Of a stretch of 64,000 nt of DNA, positions 20,080 through 27,957 are shown in pieces. This DNA comes from a virus (lineage: Duplodnaviria; Heunggongvirae; Uroviricota; Caudoviricetes): positions 98,789 to 162,788 of the IMG/VR virus record IMGVR_UViG_2974506819_000001; one strand, 5' to 3'. Under the pieces are notes generated by a model. It ran no database searches and was not told the origin of the DNA. It saw only the letters and a list, made by a program, of their open reading frames with translations. Position numbers and translations under genes: made by a program. Each line of letters starts with the position of its first letter. Within the stretch, counting starts at the first letter, position 1.

Positions 20080-21600
20080 ATGGCAGATAAGAAAAAGAAA
20101 CTTGCTCCGGTCACCAGTAATTTGAAAGAGGACGTGGATGCAGCAATCAATGAAGCTGCTGCAGAGATCGTCGCCGAGTCGATTACCCAGAAAGCCATCG
20201 CGGCGGTAATGGACAAATCTGACAAAGTCATTGCCAACACCGTGACCGACGTACTTGAAATCGTGGAAGAAGATGAAACCACGGGTTCTGTTCGTGGGCG
20301 TCTTAAGAAAAAGTACAGTGAACCGAAAGGGCTGGCAAACGGTCGCCTGCAGTTAGACACCGGTTCAGGTGAACTCAGCGTGCAGCGCGACAAAGTAAAA
20401 GACGTGCTGGAAACCTACCCGCTGGTATCTATCTACGGTATTGAGCTGAAACCGGTAGGCGAGAAGCTGTCGTTTGGTGAAGTCATTGGTTATGACTCTG
20501 TCCTCGGCAACTATACTCGCAACCAGCATCGCATGGTGCGTTATCTCCCAGTAGGTAACGGAAGCGAGTTTCACCATTTCGCCTTTGTGCTGAACGGTAC
20601 TACCACTCACCTGTTCATTACTGATGGTTCCTCCTACGTCGTTAATGACAAAAACAACACCTACTATTACGCCCGCAATAAGGGTACCATCGCGGCGGCC
20701 ATCATCGTTAACAGCAAACTCACCAACGTATTGCTGGAAGGCGGTAGCATGACCTACAACGCTATCATTGACGAAACCACACTGAACGACTCTATTGTGG
20801 TAACGCTCGATAAAGAAGAGATGGCCCGCAATCACGTGGCCGGCAACGATGGCATGTACCGCCGTGGACATCAGTATTTCGACATCCACGGCACCGACAA
20901 TCAAATGACCACGGTTGATGAGTGTCACCTGACGCGTACAGATGTGGTTAACTGCCAGATTACTAAGGTGAACGCCACTCAGACCAATATGGCCAACACG
21001 GTAATCCGCAATAACAAGCAAACCTGCCTGATCGACACCACCATCGGTAACAGCGTAATTGACGGCGCGTTCTATTTTGAAGCACGTCGTTCGTCGCTGG
21101 CCGTTAGCATCAACGCAACCCATCGCGTTGAACTCAGCAATGTGCGTCTCTACGGTGGTAACTTCCACCATATACCGTATGAAATACAGGTTGAGTCGCC
21201 GTTTGGTATCACGAAGATCTCCTGGATGGACGATACCAAAGTTCGCATGTTGACCAGCAAAGACGGTGTCGTGCTGGAGATTCCACAGAACAACGTGGAG
21301 AGCTACGCCGATCGCTTCCTGTTCATTCCTTACGACCAACCGGAACAACCTGCTATTCATTTACGTGGTTGGCAGCCACCGCATGTTGAGCAGATGATCA
21401 CTGATCACATGCGCTTCTACCGTAACGGTAAACGTTTGCCGAAACCAGACCTGATTCAGCAAAGCTTCTTAACGTATCTGATCGATACCGTTAACAGTCG
21501 CCTTAAAGTGCTGAGCCTGCTGGAAGCGGTGAAACAAAACCGCCACACGGTTGCCCCAGGGTTAAACCGAGGTGACCACGACGACTATCTGCCGTTCTAA
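20080..21600 (+). CDS. Hypothetical protein (506 aa) with Lys-rich/acidic N-terminus and beta-helix-like repeats
   Basis: Good SD aaggatag; the antisense 331-aa ORF (20365-21360) has an implausible composition; followed by terminator 21612-21650. Confidence 0.55.
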   Translation: MADKKKKLAPVTSNLKEDVDAAINEAAAEIVAESITQKAIAAVMDKSDKVIANTVTDVLEIVEEDETTGSVRGRLKKKYSEPKGLANGRLQLDTGSGELSVQRDKVKDVLETYPLVSIYGIELKPVGEKLSFGEVIGYDSVLGNYTRNQHRMVRYLPVGNGSEFHHFAFVLNGTTTHLFITDGSSYVVNDKNNTYYYARNKGTIAAAIIVNSKLTNVLLEGGSMTYNAIIDETTLNDSIVVTLDKEEMARNHVAGNDGMYRRGHQYFDIHGTDNQMTTVDECHLTRTDVVNCQITKVNATQTNMANTVIRNNKQTCLIDTTIGNSVIDGAFYFEARRSSLAVSINATHRVELSNVRLYGGNFHHIPYEIQVESPFGITKISWMDDTKVRMLTSKDGVVLEIPQNNVESYADRFLFIPYDQPEQPAIHLRGWQPPHVEQMITDHMRFYRNGKRLPKPDLIQQSFLTYLIDTVNSRLKVLSLLEAVKQNRHTVAPGLNRGDHDDYLPF

Positions 21601-21611
21601 ACTGCGCTGAC

Positions 21612-21650
21612 CCAGTGGGGGTAATTCCCCACTGGTGAGGTTATCTTTAT
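21612..21650 (+). terminator. Rho-independent terminator after 506-aa gene
   Basis: 9-bp stem ccagtgggg / ccccactgg, loop gtaatt, U-rich tail. Confidence 0.5.
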
Positions 21651-21672
21651 GATAACCAAGAAGGAATGATTC

Positions 21673-22221
21673 ATGACCTGGCATAAAGGTAAAAACAAGA
21701 AACACTGGCACAAGAAACGAAAGCCCTCTCCCAAGCCGGAGTACCCACCGCCTAAACCGGGCGAAGTGTGGTACAACGTACATACGGACGGCAGTTCGTT
21801 AGGTAACCCCGGGCCAGGCGGTTACGGTTGTGTTGTGCGACTGGGAGACACCAAGCTCACGTTATCCAAAGGTTACCACCTGACTACCAACAACCGCATG
21901 GAAATCATGGCCGTGATAGCAACGTTGGAAGAGTTCGGGCCTAATAAACGGTTTAATATCTTTCTCGATTCTCAATACACAATGGATGGTGCGACAGGGT
22001 GGATATTCGGCTGGAAGAAACGTAACTGGATGACTGGACAAGGTGAACCGGTTAAGAACAAGGACTTGTGGGAACAGCTGTATGACCTGCTCAAAGAGAA
22101 CGAGGTCCGCTGGCACAAAGTCCCTGCTCACTCCGGGGTTCCTGATAACGAAGAAGCTGACCAATTGGCCAAAGCAGCTGCAGGCAGCGCGACGGATACC
22201 GATTACGGATACTTAAAGTAA
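21673..22221 (+). CDS. rnhA: Ribonuclease HI with 35-aa Lys/His-rich N-terminal extension
   Basis: Near-canonical RnhA motifs TDGSSLGNPGPGGYG, TTNNRMEIMA, DSQY, WKKR, PVKNKDLW, HSGVPDNEEADQLA. Confidence 0.9.
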   Translation: MTWHKGKNKKHWHKKRKPSPKPEYPPPKPGEVWYNVHTDGSSLGNPGPGGYGCVVRLGDTKLTLSKGYHLTTNNRMEIMAVIATLEEFGPNKRFNIFLDSQYTMDGATGWIFGWKKRNWMTGQGEPVKNKDLWEQLYDLLKENEVRWHKVPAHSGVPDNEEADQLAKAAAGSATDTDYGYLK

Positions 22222-22314
22222 TCACCGTCGATACATTCTACAGGGGATATATTCCAATAAAGTCCCCTTTTATTTTTGATTGTACACTTCAATTGTTTTC
22301 ACAAAGGAAATACC

Positions 22315-22866
22315 ATGCAAACTCCTTCAATGTCTCTCGAGGGGAAAGAACTTGTTTTCAATTGGGAGCATGACGAGAAACCTGTGAGCTTCCGTGTCGA
22401 ACAGGCTAAGTTCATTCAGCTCGTATGCAAAGCTTGCCGTACGCCGCTGCCGTTGGTGGATGTCTCTAAAGCGTATCAGTGCCAGTGTGGTGCTGAAATC
22501 CAACCGGACGGATTGAATCACCGTGCTGAAGATTATGGCCGGTGGGTAAGCTACCTTGGGACATGGCGTTGTAAAGACAACTATCAGATTCTGCTGAAAG
22601 ACGGACGGGTTATTGACTACGTCTACCCTAACGGCGGAAGTTGGTACCCTAAAACCAAGGCAGCACAAATCGCGTCACAACCTGAAGGCCGTTACCTCGA
22701 CGAAGACGTCCTGGCGGTTCGCCTGGTACTGGACAATGAACTCGAGTCGCGTTATGAGTTCACCGGTAAACAACGTCTTGAGCGTAATGTTGATTACTTC
22801 GGTGACGCATTCCCTACACAAGACCGGGTTATTAACCTGAATGGACAATACGGAATTTTAGTGTGA
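22315..22866 (+). CDS. Hypothetical Cys-rich protein (183 aa)
   Basis: ATG 22315 with SD aaaggaaa (ORF-track start 22276 is TTG); CKACRT...CQCGAE suggests metal binding. Confidence 0.5.
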   Translation: MQTPSMSLEGKELVFNWEHDEKPVSFRVEQAKFIQLVCKACRTPLPLVDVSKAYQCQCGAEIQPDGLNHRAEDYGRWVSYLGTWRCKDNYQILLKDGRVIDYVYPNGGSWYPKTKAAQIASQPEGRYLDEDVLAVRLVLDNELESRYEFTGKQRLERNVDYFGDAFPTQDRVINLNGQYGILV

Positions 22867-23045
22867 CGCTAGAGCTCGACGTACTCGTCTTTATCTGGGT
22901 GTACGGGTGCTTGGGTGCAGCATTGATTAAGAAAGTCAAATACGACCCGGGAACACCGTACTGGAAAATCTTTCTGATGTACGTGTCGTTACCGTTAACC
23001 TGCGTAGTGTGGGTTGGGGTACGATTGGTGCGTTGGATATTTTAA
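22863..23045 (+). CDS. Small two-TM membrane protein (60 aa)
   Basis: GTG overlapping upstream stop (GTGA); two hydrophobic helices; speculative. Confidence 0.3.
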   Translation: MTLELDVLVFIWVYGCLGAALIKKVKYDPGTPYWKIFLMYVSLPLTCVVWVGVRLVRWIF

Positions 23046-23054
23046 GAGGTAGCA

Positions 23055-23429
23055 GTGGAAAAGTATAAATACCTTTTGGGACAGACCTCGTCCCTGAATC
23101 AGGTGTTCGTGGTGTTGTCCTCAGCATCCACGTTCACGCACGCAGAACTGGCGTTTAAGTTGGGCATTACTGACATTGTGTCTCAGGGCGAGTTGCTCTC
23201 TACTGATCCAGCGTTTACGCTGCCGGCCAGTGAAGCAGCACACCAGGGCGCAGTTGACGCATTGCCGGACGATCGTTTCTTTACCGCGGATGTTCCTCAT
23301 TTTAGTTTTGCTCACCACATCTATCTGAACGTGGCTGAAATCGACGAAGATGAGTTCCACTACCGTCTGAGAAACATGAGTTCGGCGACGCTTCCAGAAT
23401 CTGGCTTTACCTTTGCTTCACCTCTGTAA
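23055..23429 (+). CDS. Hypothetical protein (124 aa)
   Basis: GTG start with SD gaggtag; followed by G-rich hairpin element 23438-23462. Confidence 0.45.
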   Translation: MEKYKYLLGQTSSLNQVFVVLSSASTFTHAELAFKLGITDIVSQGELLSTDPAFTLPASEAAHQGAVDALPDDRFFTADVPHFSFAHHIYLNVAEIDEDEFHYRLRNMSSATLPESGFTFASPL

Positions 23430-23515
23430 TCTATTACCCTGCCTCCGTAAGGGGGTGGGGTAATGTAAAGTTTTACCTCCTTCTTTATATCTATGCGAAA
23501 AACAAGGAATACATC

Positions 23516-23782
23516 ATGAATAACGAAACCACCGCTGTAGACGTTCCTGCTCCATTAACCAAAGGTCAGCTGTTGGCTCGCCTTGACCGCTACGGACCGG
23601 AATACTCGTTCCACAAAGACCTGGTCGCAATCGCCGATTTGGCTGACACGCTGTATACCCGCATGGCCATTAGCCGTAGTCGTCAGCACAACATTCAGAT
23701 TCGTGCGGCGCTCTCAAAATTAAGCGTGGCTGTCGATTGGACAGTTACCGTGTTGAAACAAGATATCGTGAGCTACGAATAA
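23516..23782 (+). CDS. Hypothetical protein (88 aa)
   Basis: ATG with SD aaggaa. Confidence 0.5.
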   Translation: MNNETTAVDVPAPLTKGQLLARLDRYGPEYSFHKDLVAIADLADTLYTRMAISRSRQHNIQIRAALSKLSVAVDWTVTVLKQDIVSYE

Positions 23783-23791
23783 GGACACGTC

Positions 23792-24253
23792 ATGGAAAAC
23801 GTATACTTGCCTGGATTACGTAATGCCCTGATGCTGGCATTCATTGAAGAAGCCCGCAGTACCGGTAACCAGGTCTACCTGACGTTAAACGCCCGTCGTT
23901 TAACTGACCCTGCATTAGCACAGTACATCAAAGACGGCGTCCTGACCATGAACGTGGCCATTCGTGCTACGCCGGGTTATGACGTTGAACCTGAATTCCT
24001 GATTCTGCATTCTTCCTTTAATGGAAAGAAAGCCCAGGTCTTTGCGTATTACGATGACGTGATGATGATTGTGGCCTATGATGAAACCCGTCAACCACGC
24101 GCCATGTTCCACATCACTGACCATCATCAGGTTTCTATCCAGATGGAGAACATCAACGCCGCAGCCTTTACGGAAACCAATCCGTTAGAAGCTGTAAACG
24201 AAGAAACTCCACCGCCAGCTAAAGAGCGTCCCAAACTCTCTGTAGTTAAATAA
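23792..24253 (+). CDS. sspB: SspB-like ClpXP specificity-enhancing adaptor homologue (153 aa)
   Basis: Colinear with E. coli SspB: LRNALMLAFIEEA, YIKDGVLTMNVAIRAT and FNGKKAQVFAYYDDVMMIVAYDETRQPRAMF match the SspB substrate-binding domain; C-terminal ...RPKLSVVK matches the ClpX-binding tail ...RPALRVVK. Confidence 0.6.
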   Translation: MENVYLPGLRNALMLAFIEEARSTGNQVYLTLNARRLTDPALAQYIKDGVLTMNVAIRATPGYDVEPEFLILHSSFNGKKAQVFAYYDDVMMIVAYDETRQPRAMFHITDHHQVSIQMENINAAAFTETNPLEAVNEETPPPAKERPKLSVVK

Positions 24254-24262
24254 GGGTGCCGT

Positions 24263-24607
24263 ATGCGTAAATGGTTTTCGGTATTAGGGCGCTACACGGT
24301 TGCCCTATGCCAGCTTGGGTTAAAACGTATTCTTCTTGGTCACCATACGCGTCGCCTCATTAAGAAAGAGGACCGTATCATTCAAGAGTTCGAAAGGGCA
24401 CTGACGGCACAAGGCAAAGCTTTGCGTAACCGGGGGTATTTGTCCCGGCAAAGCCTGAAGCACCTTACACTCCATCTGGCAGACGAATTGCACATGCAGA
24501 AGTGTCAGATTCGGAAAGTGACAGTAGAACTCATTGACGGTGATTTCTTTATTGATTTAGAAATCACTACCCATAACCGGACCGTGACCCGTTTGGTCGT
24601 TGTGTGA
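24263..24607 (+). CDS. Hypothetical protein (114 aa)
   Basis: ATG with SD aagggtg; stop overlaps the DHFR SD. Confidence 0.5.
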   Translation: MRKWFSVLGRYTVALCQLGLKRILLGHHTRRLIKKEDRIIQEFERALTAQGKALRNRGYLSRQSLKHLTLHLADELHMQKCQIRKVTVELIDGDFFIDLEITTHNRTVTRLVVV

Positions 24608-24614
24608 GGACAAC

Positions 24615-25193
24615 ATGAAAGTATCCATGATTCTGGCTATGGACCGCAACTGTTTAATCGGGAAAGGCGACCAACTTCCCTGGCGTCACCCGGAAGACCT
24701 GTTGTGGTTCAAACAGCAAACCATCGACAAACCGATTCTCATGGGACGTACGACCTATGAAGGATTAGGGCGTCCATTACCAAACCGCCCCAACATCGTG
24801 CTGAGTCGTGCTGACACTAACTTAGTGGGTGATGTAGCACGGGTGCAGTCGTATGAAGACGCACACTACCTGGCTAAGCAGTTGGGTTATGATGAGCTGA
24901 TGATTATCGGCGGCAAGCAGGTGTATGAGTCACTGATTGACCATGCTGACTGTATCTACGTCACGGTCATCGATCACGACTACAACGGTGACGTCCATAT
25001 GACCCATCCGTTGTTCGAAGCATTGGCTGGTCGGGACCTCTCTGAGAAGAACCCGGCCTTTACCAATCTCGGCTTTGATCGGTTGTTTACTCGCGACGGT
25101 GACGTGAGACATGTGTGGGATGTCGAGGTGTTGAACCGTGTCCTTAGCAATGATGTTATGCTCAATTTTGTGAAGCTAACACGTTGCCATTAA
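24615..25193 (+). CDS. frd: Dihydrofolate reductase
   Basis: Motifs MILAMDRNCLIGKGDQLPW, DLLWFKQQT, ILMGRTTYEGLGRPLPNRPNIVLSR; ATG 24615 with SD gagga (ORF-track 24600 is TTG). Confidence 0.85.
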   Translation: MKVSMILAMDRNCLIGKGDQLPWRHPEDLLWFKQQTIDKPILMGRTTYEGLGRPLPNRPNIVLSRADTNLVGDVARVQSYEDAHYLAKQLGYDELMIIGGKQVYESLIDHADCIYVTVIDHDYNGDVHMTHPLFEALAGRDLSEKNPAFTNLGFDRLFTRDGDVRHVWDVEVLNRVLSNDVMLNFVKLTRCH

Positions 25194-25202
25194 GGAAAGG
25201 AT

Positions 25203-25637
25203 ATGGGTCTGGGTTACATCGACGTTAAGCTCGATTCCAAGCAAGAAGATGACTTGATTCGGGACTTAACAACTTTAGGGATTAAAGCTCTACCAAAAGG
25301 GAAGTACCACTGTACTGTCATTTATGACAAACGTGAGGAACTTGATAAGCCGCTGTGCGACATCGACCCTGAGCAAGTCTTTGAAGCACACGTCGTGGAG
25401 GTTAAACCACTCGGAGATGCCCTGGTCTTTACTATGACGTCTAAAGATATCTATGATGAATTTAGACGATTGCAGGAAGCCGGATATCAGCACAGTTTCC
25501 CTGAGCTGTTGGTTCACATGTCAATTTGCTACGACTTCAGTGCGTACGACAAGTTGAAGGTGGAACAGTTCATGGGCCGATGGATAGGCCGCAACATTCA
25601 GTTCTCTCGCGAATCGTTACAACCCGTTAAGTATTGA
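25203..25637 (+). CDS. 2H phosphoesterase superfamily protein (LigT/Acb1-like), 144 aa
   Basis: Two H-x-[TS]-x motifs on hydrophobic strands ~70 aa apart: KYHCTVIY and LLVHMSICY; size typical of phage Acb1-type enzymes. Confidence 0.5.
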   Translation: MGLGYIDVKLDSKQEDDLIRDLTTLGIKALPKGKYHCTVIYDKREELDKPLCDIDPEQVFEAHVVEVKPLGDALVFTMTSKDIYDEFRRLQEAGYQHSFPELLVHMSICYDFSAYDKLKVEQFMGRWIGRNIQFSRESLQPVKY

Positions 25638-25760
25638 TGCTCCCCTGCCCTCGTCCTACGGGACGGGGGTGGGGTTAATCTATAAGAAATTTCATCTCTA
25701 AATTATTATCGTGTATGTAGACCACCTATATACACTTATCCAATCAAGAGGACACAAGTA

Positions 25761-26330
25761 ATGAAAAAGAAAGCGACACATAAATTCTTCCCTAACGGTA
25801 AACAAGTGGGTGAAGCCGTTTCTGCGTGTTTAAACAACATGGTGTGGGTTGCCGGGAGTCACGGTGTATTACCGCCGAACATGAATGTCACTGTGCCGTT
25901 CATGCTTACCGCCACTGACCGCATGATGGTGAAGAACTCCGTGTGCAATATCTTGATCGACAATGAAGCCAGCTGGCAGTTAATTCTGGTGGCCGCTTTC
26001 GACAATGCCAAATCCCGCTCTTACGTAACGGCGGATATCCATTTGAATCAATGGACCTTGGCTGAAGTTGGGCAGAAGATTATGGAAATCTGTGAAGTCA
26101 CGGTTCGCAAGATGGAAGAAGTGTTCTGTGGTGAAGGCGCAGTTAACCTAAACGATATTCACCACTACGGTTACATGCTGTCGCCTACGCAGGGTCTGAA
26201 CACTGACGTAATCGAAGAGCGGTTAATCGATGCCTTACAAACGGGTAGCTTCGATCACTACGACTGGCAGTCCCGTCCGGTTATTACTCCCAAAGACTTT
26301 ATTGACTCTATCGCGGCTGTGAAGATTTAA
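25761..26330 (+). CDS. Hypothetical protein (189 aa)
   Basis: ATG with SD aagagga. Confidence 0.55.
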   Translation: MKKKATHKFFPNGKQVGEAVSACLNNMVWVAGSHGVLPPNMNVTVPFMLTATDRMMVKNSVCNILIDNEASWQLILVAAFDNAKSRSYVTADIHLNQWTLAEVGQKIMEICEVTVRKMEEVFCGEGAVNLNDIHHYGYMLSPTQGLNTDVIEERLIDALQTGSFDHYDWQSRPVITPKDFIDSIAAVKI

Positions 26331-26347
26331 GATATAGAAATGTTCAC

Positions 26348-26394
26348 GTCTATATAGTTAGGGTGAATAAGTAATACATATTTATTCTTATAAT
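26348..26394 (+). promoter_or_regulatory. Conserved promoter-like motif copy (GTCTATATAGTTAGGGTGAATAA) followed 18 nt later by TATAAT
   Basis: Seen in sequence; near-identical copy at 43901-43923. Confidence 0.5.
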
Positions 26395-26431
26395 AACGAT
26401 ATTGACAGTTAATCTACTGGAGATAAAAATC

Positions 26432-27466
26432 ATGGCAAAACGTGATATTAATTACGCTGTAGAACGCATCACCAATTCCTTGTCGAATGCAATGAATGGC
26501 GGTACGTCGCAAGAACAACTTCTTGCTCTGTATAAGTCTCGACTGTTTGATGAAGAGCTGGTTGACAAAGATCGTCGCAATCAGGTTCTGATGGCAGTCA
26601 ATAAAGAACTCGGCATGGACATCAAGATGCGTGATGTTAAGCAAGCCGACAACACCTTACTTGAACAAGTTCTGGCTAACAGCGGTGAAACCGGGCCTGA
26701 AATTGTACAAGAGCCAAATGACCTTCCTGCTCCTACAGCAGAGTTCATTCTGGCAAACCGGGAAGAGTTCAGTGTGGCTGAAGTTACCAAAGCCGGCATC
26801 GACCTCCACTCCCATCAGGGTACTCAAGTAGCAGACGCTACAGGCCCAGTTTCTGAAGTTAAATCCGCAAACACCGTAAACACTAATTCCACTGAGGATA
26901 CCGACATGACTACCAACGCTTCTAACTCTTACAACACCACTACCTCTACTTCTGCTCAGGCTGACAACAACCACACCGCAGAAGAAGCGCTGAACAAAGG
27001 CGCTGAAACCGTTGACGAAACGCTGAAAGCTGGCGCTGAACAGGCGAAAGAAAAAGCGCAGGAAACGGTTGAGAATCTGGCCGATGAGTCCTTCATGGAT
27101 AAAGTCAATTCCATCCGTCCTGAATACCTGGCTGCAGGCGCTGCTGTAATCGGTGCAGGGGCAACTATCCTGAACGCTGATGCAGTAAACGCTTACAACC
27201 TGGCCGGCGGCGCAGCAGGCGTAGCAGCAAGCTACTTCGGTGCTAAACATTTCCTGGGTGGCCGTGAAAACAACATCGTGACCAAATCCATCGCAGTATC
27301 TGCGGGTCTGGTTGCTGGTGCTGCACTGGCTCGTGCTGGTGACATGGTGCGTGACTACGTTATCGCTGGCGATGCCAACCAGGCTGCTGATGGCGAAACC
27401 GTGGTTACCATCAAACCGGTTCCGGCTCCGGCACCTGTAGTAACTGTTGAACAGCCACTGTTCTAA
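26432..27466 (+). CDS. Highly expressed Ala/Gly-rich protein with glycine-zipper-like C-terminal hydrophobic segments (345 aa)
   Basis: ATG 26432 with SD ggag (ORF-track 26402 is TTG); strongly biased codons; promoter motif + TATAAT upstream; strong terminator downstream. Confidence 0.6.
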   Translation: MAKRDINYAVERITNSLSNAMNGGTSQEQLLALYKSRLFDEELVDKDRRNQVLMAVNKELGMDIKMRDVKQADNTLLEQVLANSGETGPEIVQEPNDLPAPTAEFILANREEFSVAEVTKAGIDLHSHQGTQVADATGPVSEVKSANTVNTNSTEDTDMTTNASNSYNTTTSTSAQADNNHTAEEALNKGAETVDETLKAGAEQAKEKAQETVENLADESFMDKVNSIRPEYLAAGAAVIGAGATILNADAVNAYNLAGGAAGVAASYFGAKHFLGGRENNIVTKSIAVSAGLVAGAALARAGDMVRDYVIAGDANQAADGETVVTIKPVPAPAPVVTVEQPLF

Positions 27467-27479
27467 CAGGCGAGGGGGA

Positions 27480-27510
27480 ACTTCGGTTCCCCCTTAGTTT
27501 TACCCCGACT
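27480..27510 (+). terminator. Rho-independent terminator after the highly expressed 345-aa gene
   Basis: 9-bp stem agggggaac / gttccccct with UUCG loop, then tagtttta. Confidence 0.7.
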
Positions 27511-27555
27511 ATTTAAAATTTATTAGATTGACGTTTTTCTTTAAAGGGTTGAATC

Positions 27556-27957
27556 ATGAAAAAGTTTATCGCTCCACTTGTTGCTGTTCTGCTGTCTGCT
27601 TGCGCTACCCAACCGAAGCCTGCGGTAGAAGTTACCTATGAGTGTTCCAACTTCACCATGGGTCGTATTACTTCCCTGACTGAAGCGCCGGCACCGTCAA
27701 AGATTATTCCGGTCAAGCAGGTTGTCGTTCAGAACGATGAAGGTTACTTCATTCCGAAAGGTGGTGCGTTCGAACGTGACCGCTACTACTTCTGGCTCAA
27801 TGAAGATGCCAGCACACAGAAAGCCGTCAGTGGCAAATTGGCCATGACTGAAAAAGATAGCAACTTTGTTATCTATGCTTTCCGTACTCCGTACAACGGC
27901 ACCAACCCGCAGGACGTTGTGGGTTACATGGCGCTGTTGGACTGCGTGAAGAAATAA
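27556..27957 (+). CDS. Lipoprotein (133 aa)
   Basis: Signal peptide with lipobox LLSAC. Confidence 0.6.
   Translation: MKKFIAPLVAVLLSACATQPKPAVEVTYECSNFTMGRITSLTEAPAPSKIIPVKQVVVQNDEGYFIPKGGAFERDRYYFWLNEDASTQKAVSGKLAMTEKDSNFVIYAFRTPYNGTNPQDVVGYMALLDCVKK

Noticed and set aside
26402-26407. Perfect sigma70 -35 hexamer TTGACA at 26402
   Set aside because: No acceptable -10 at 16-18 nt spacing (AAAAAT/TAAAAA only), and a start there would fall on the gene's own SD/ATG, so it is probably coincidental. The real promoter signal looks to be the upstream motif plus TATAAT at 26389.
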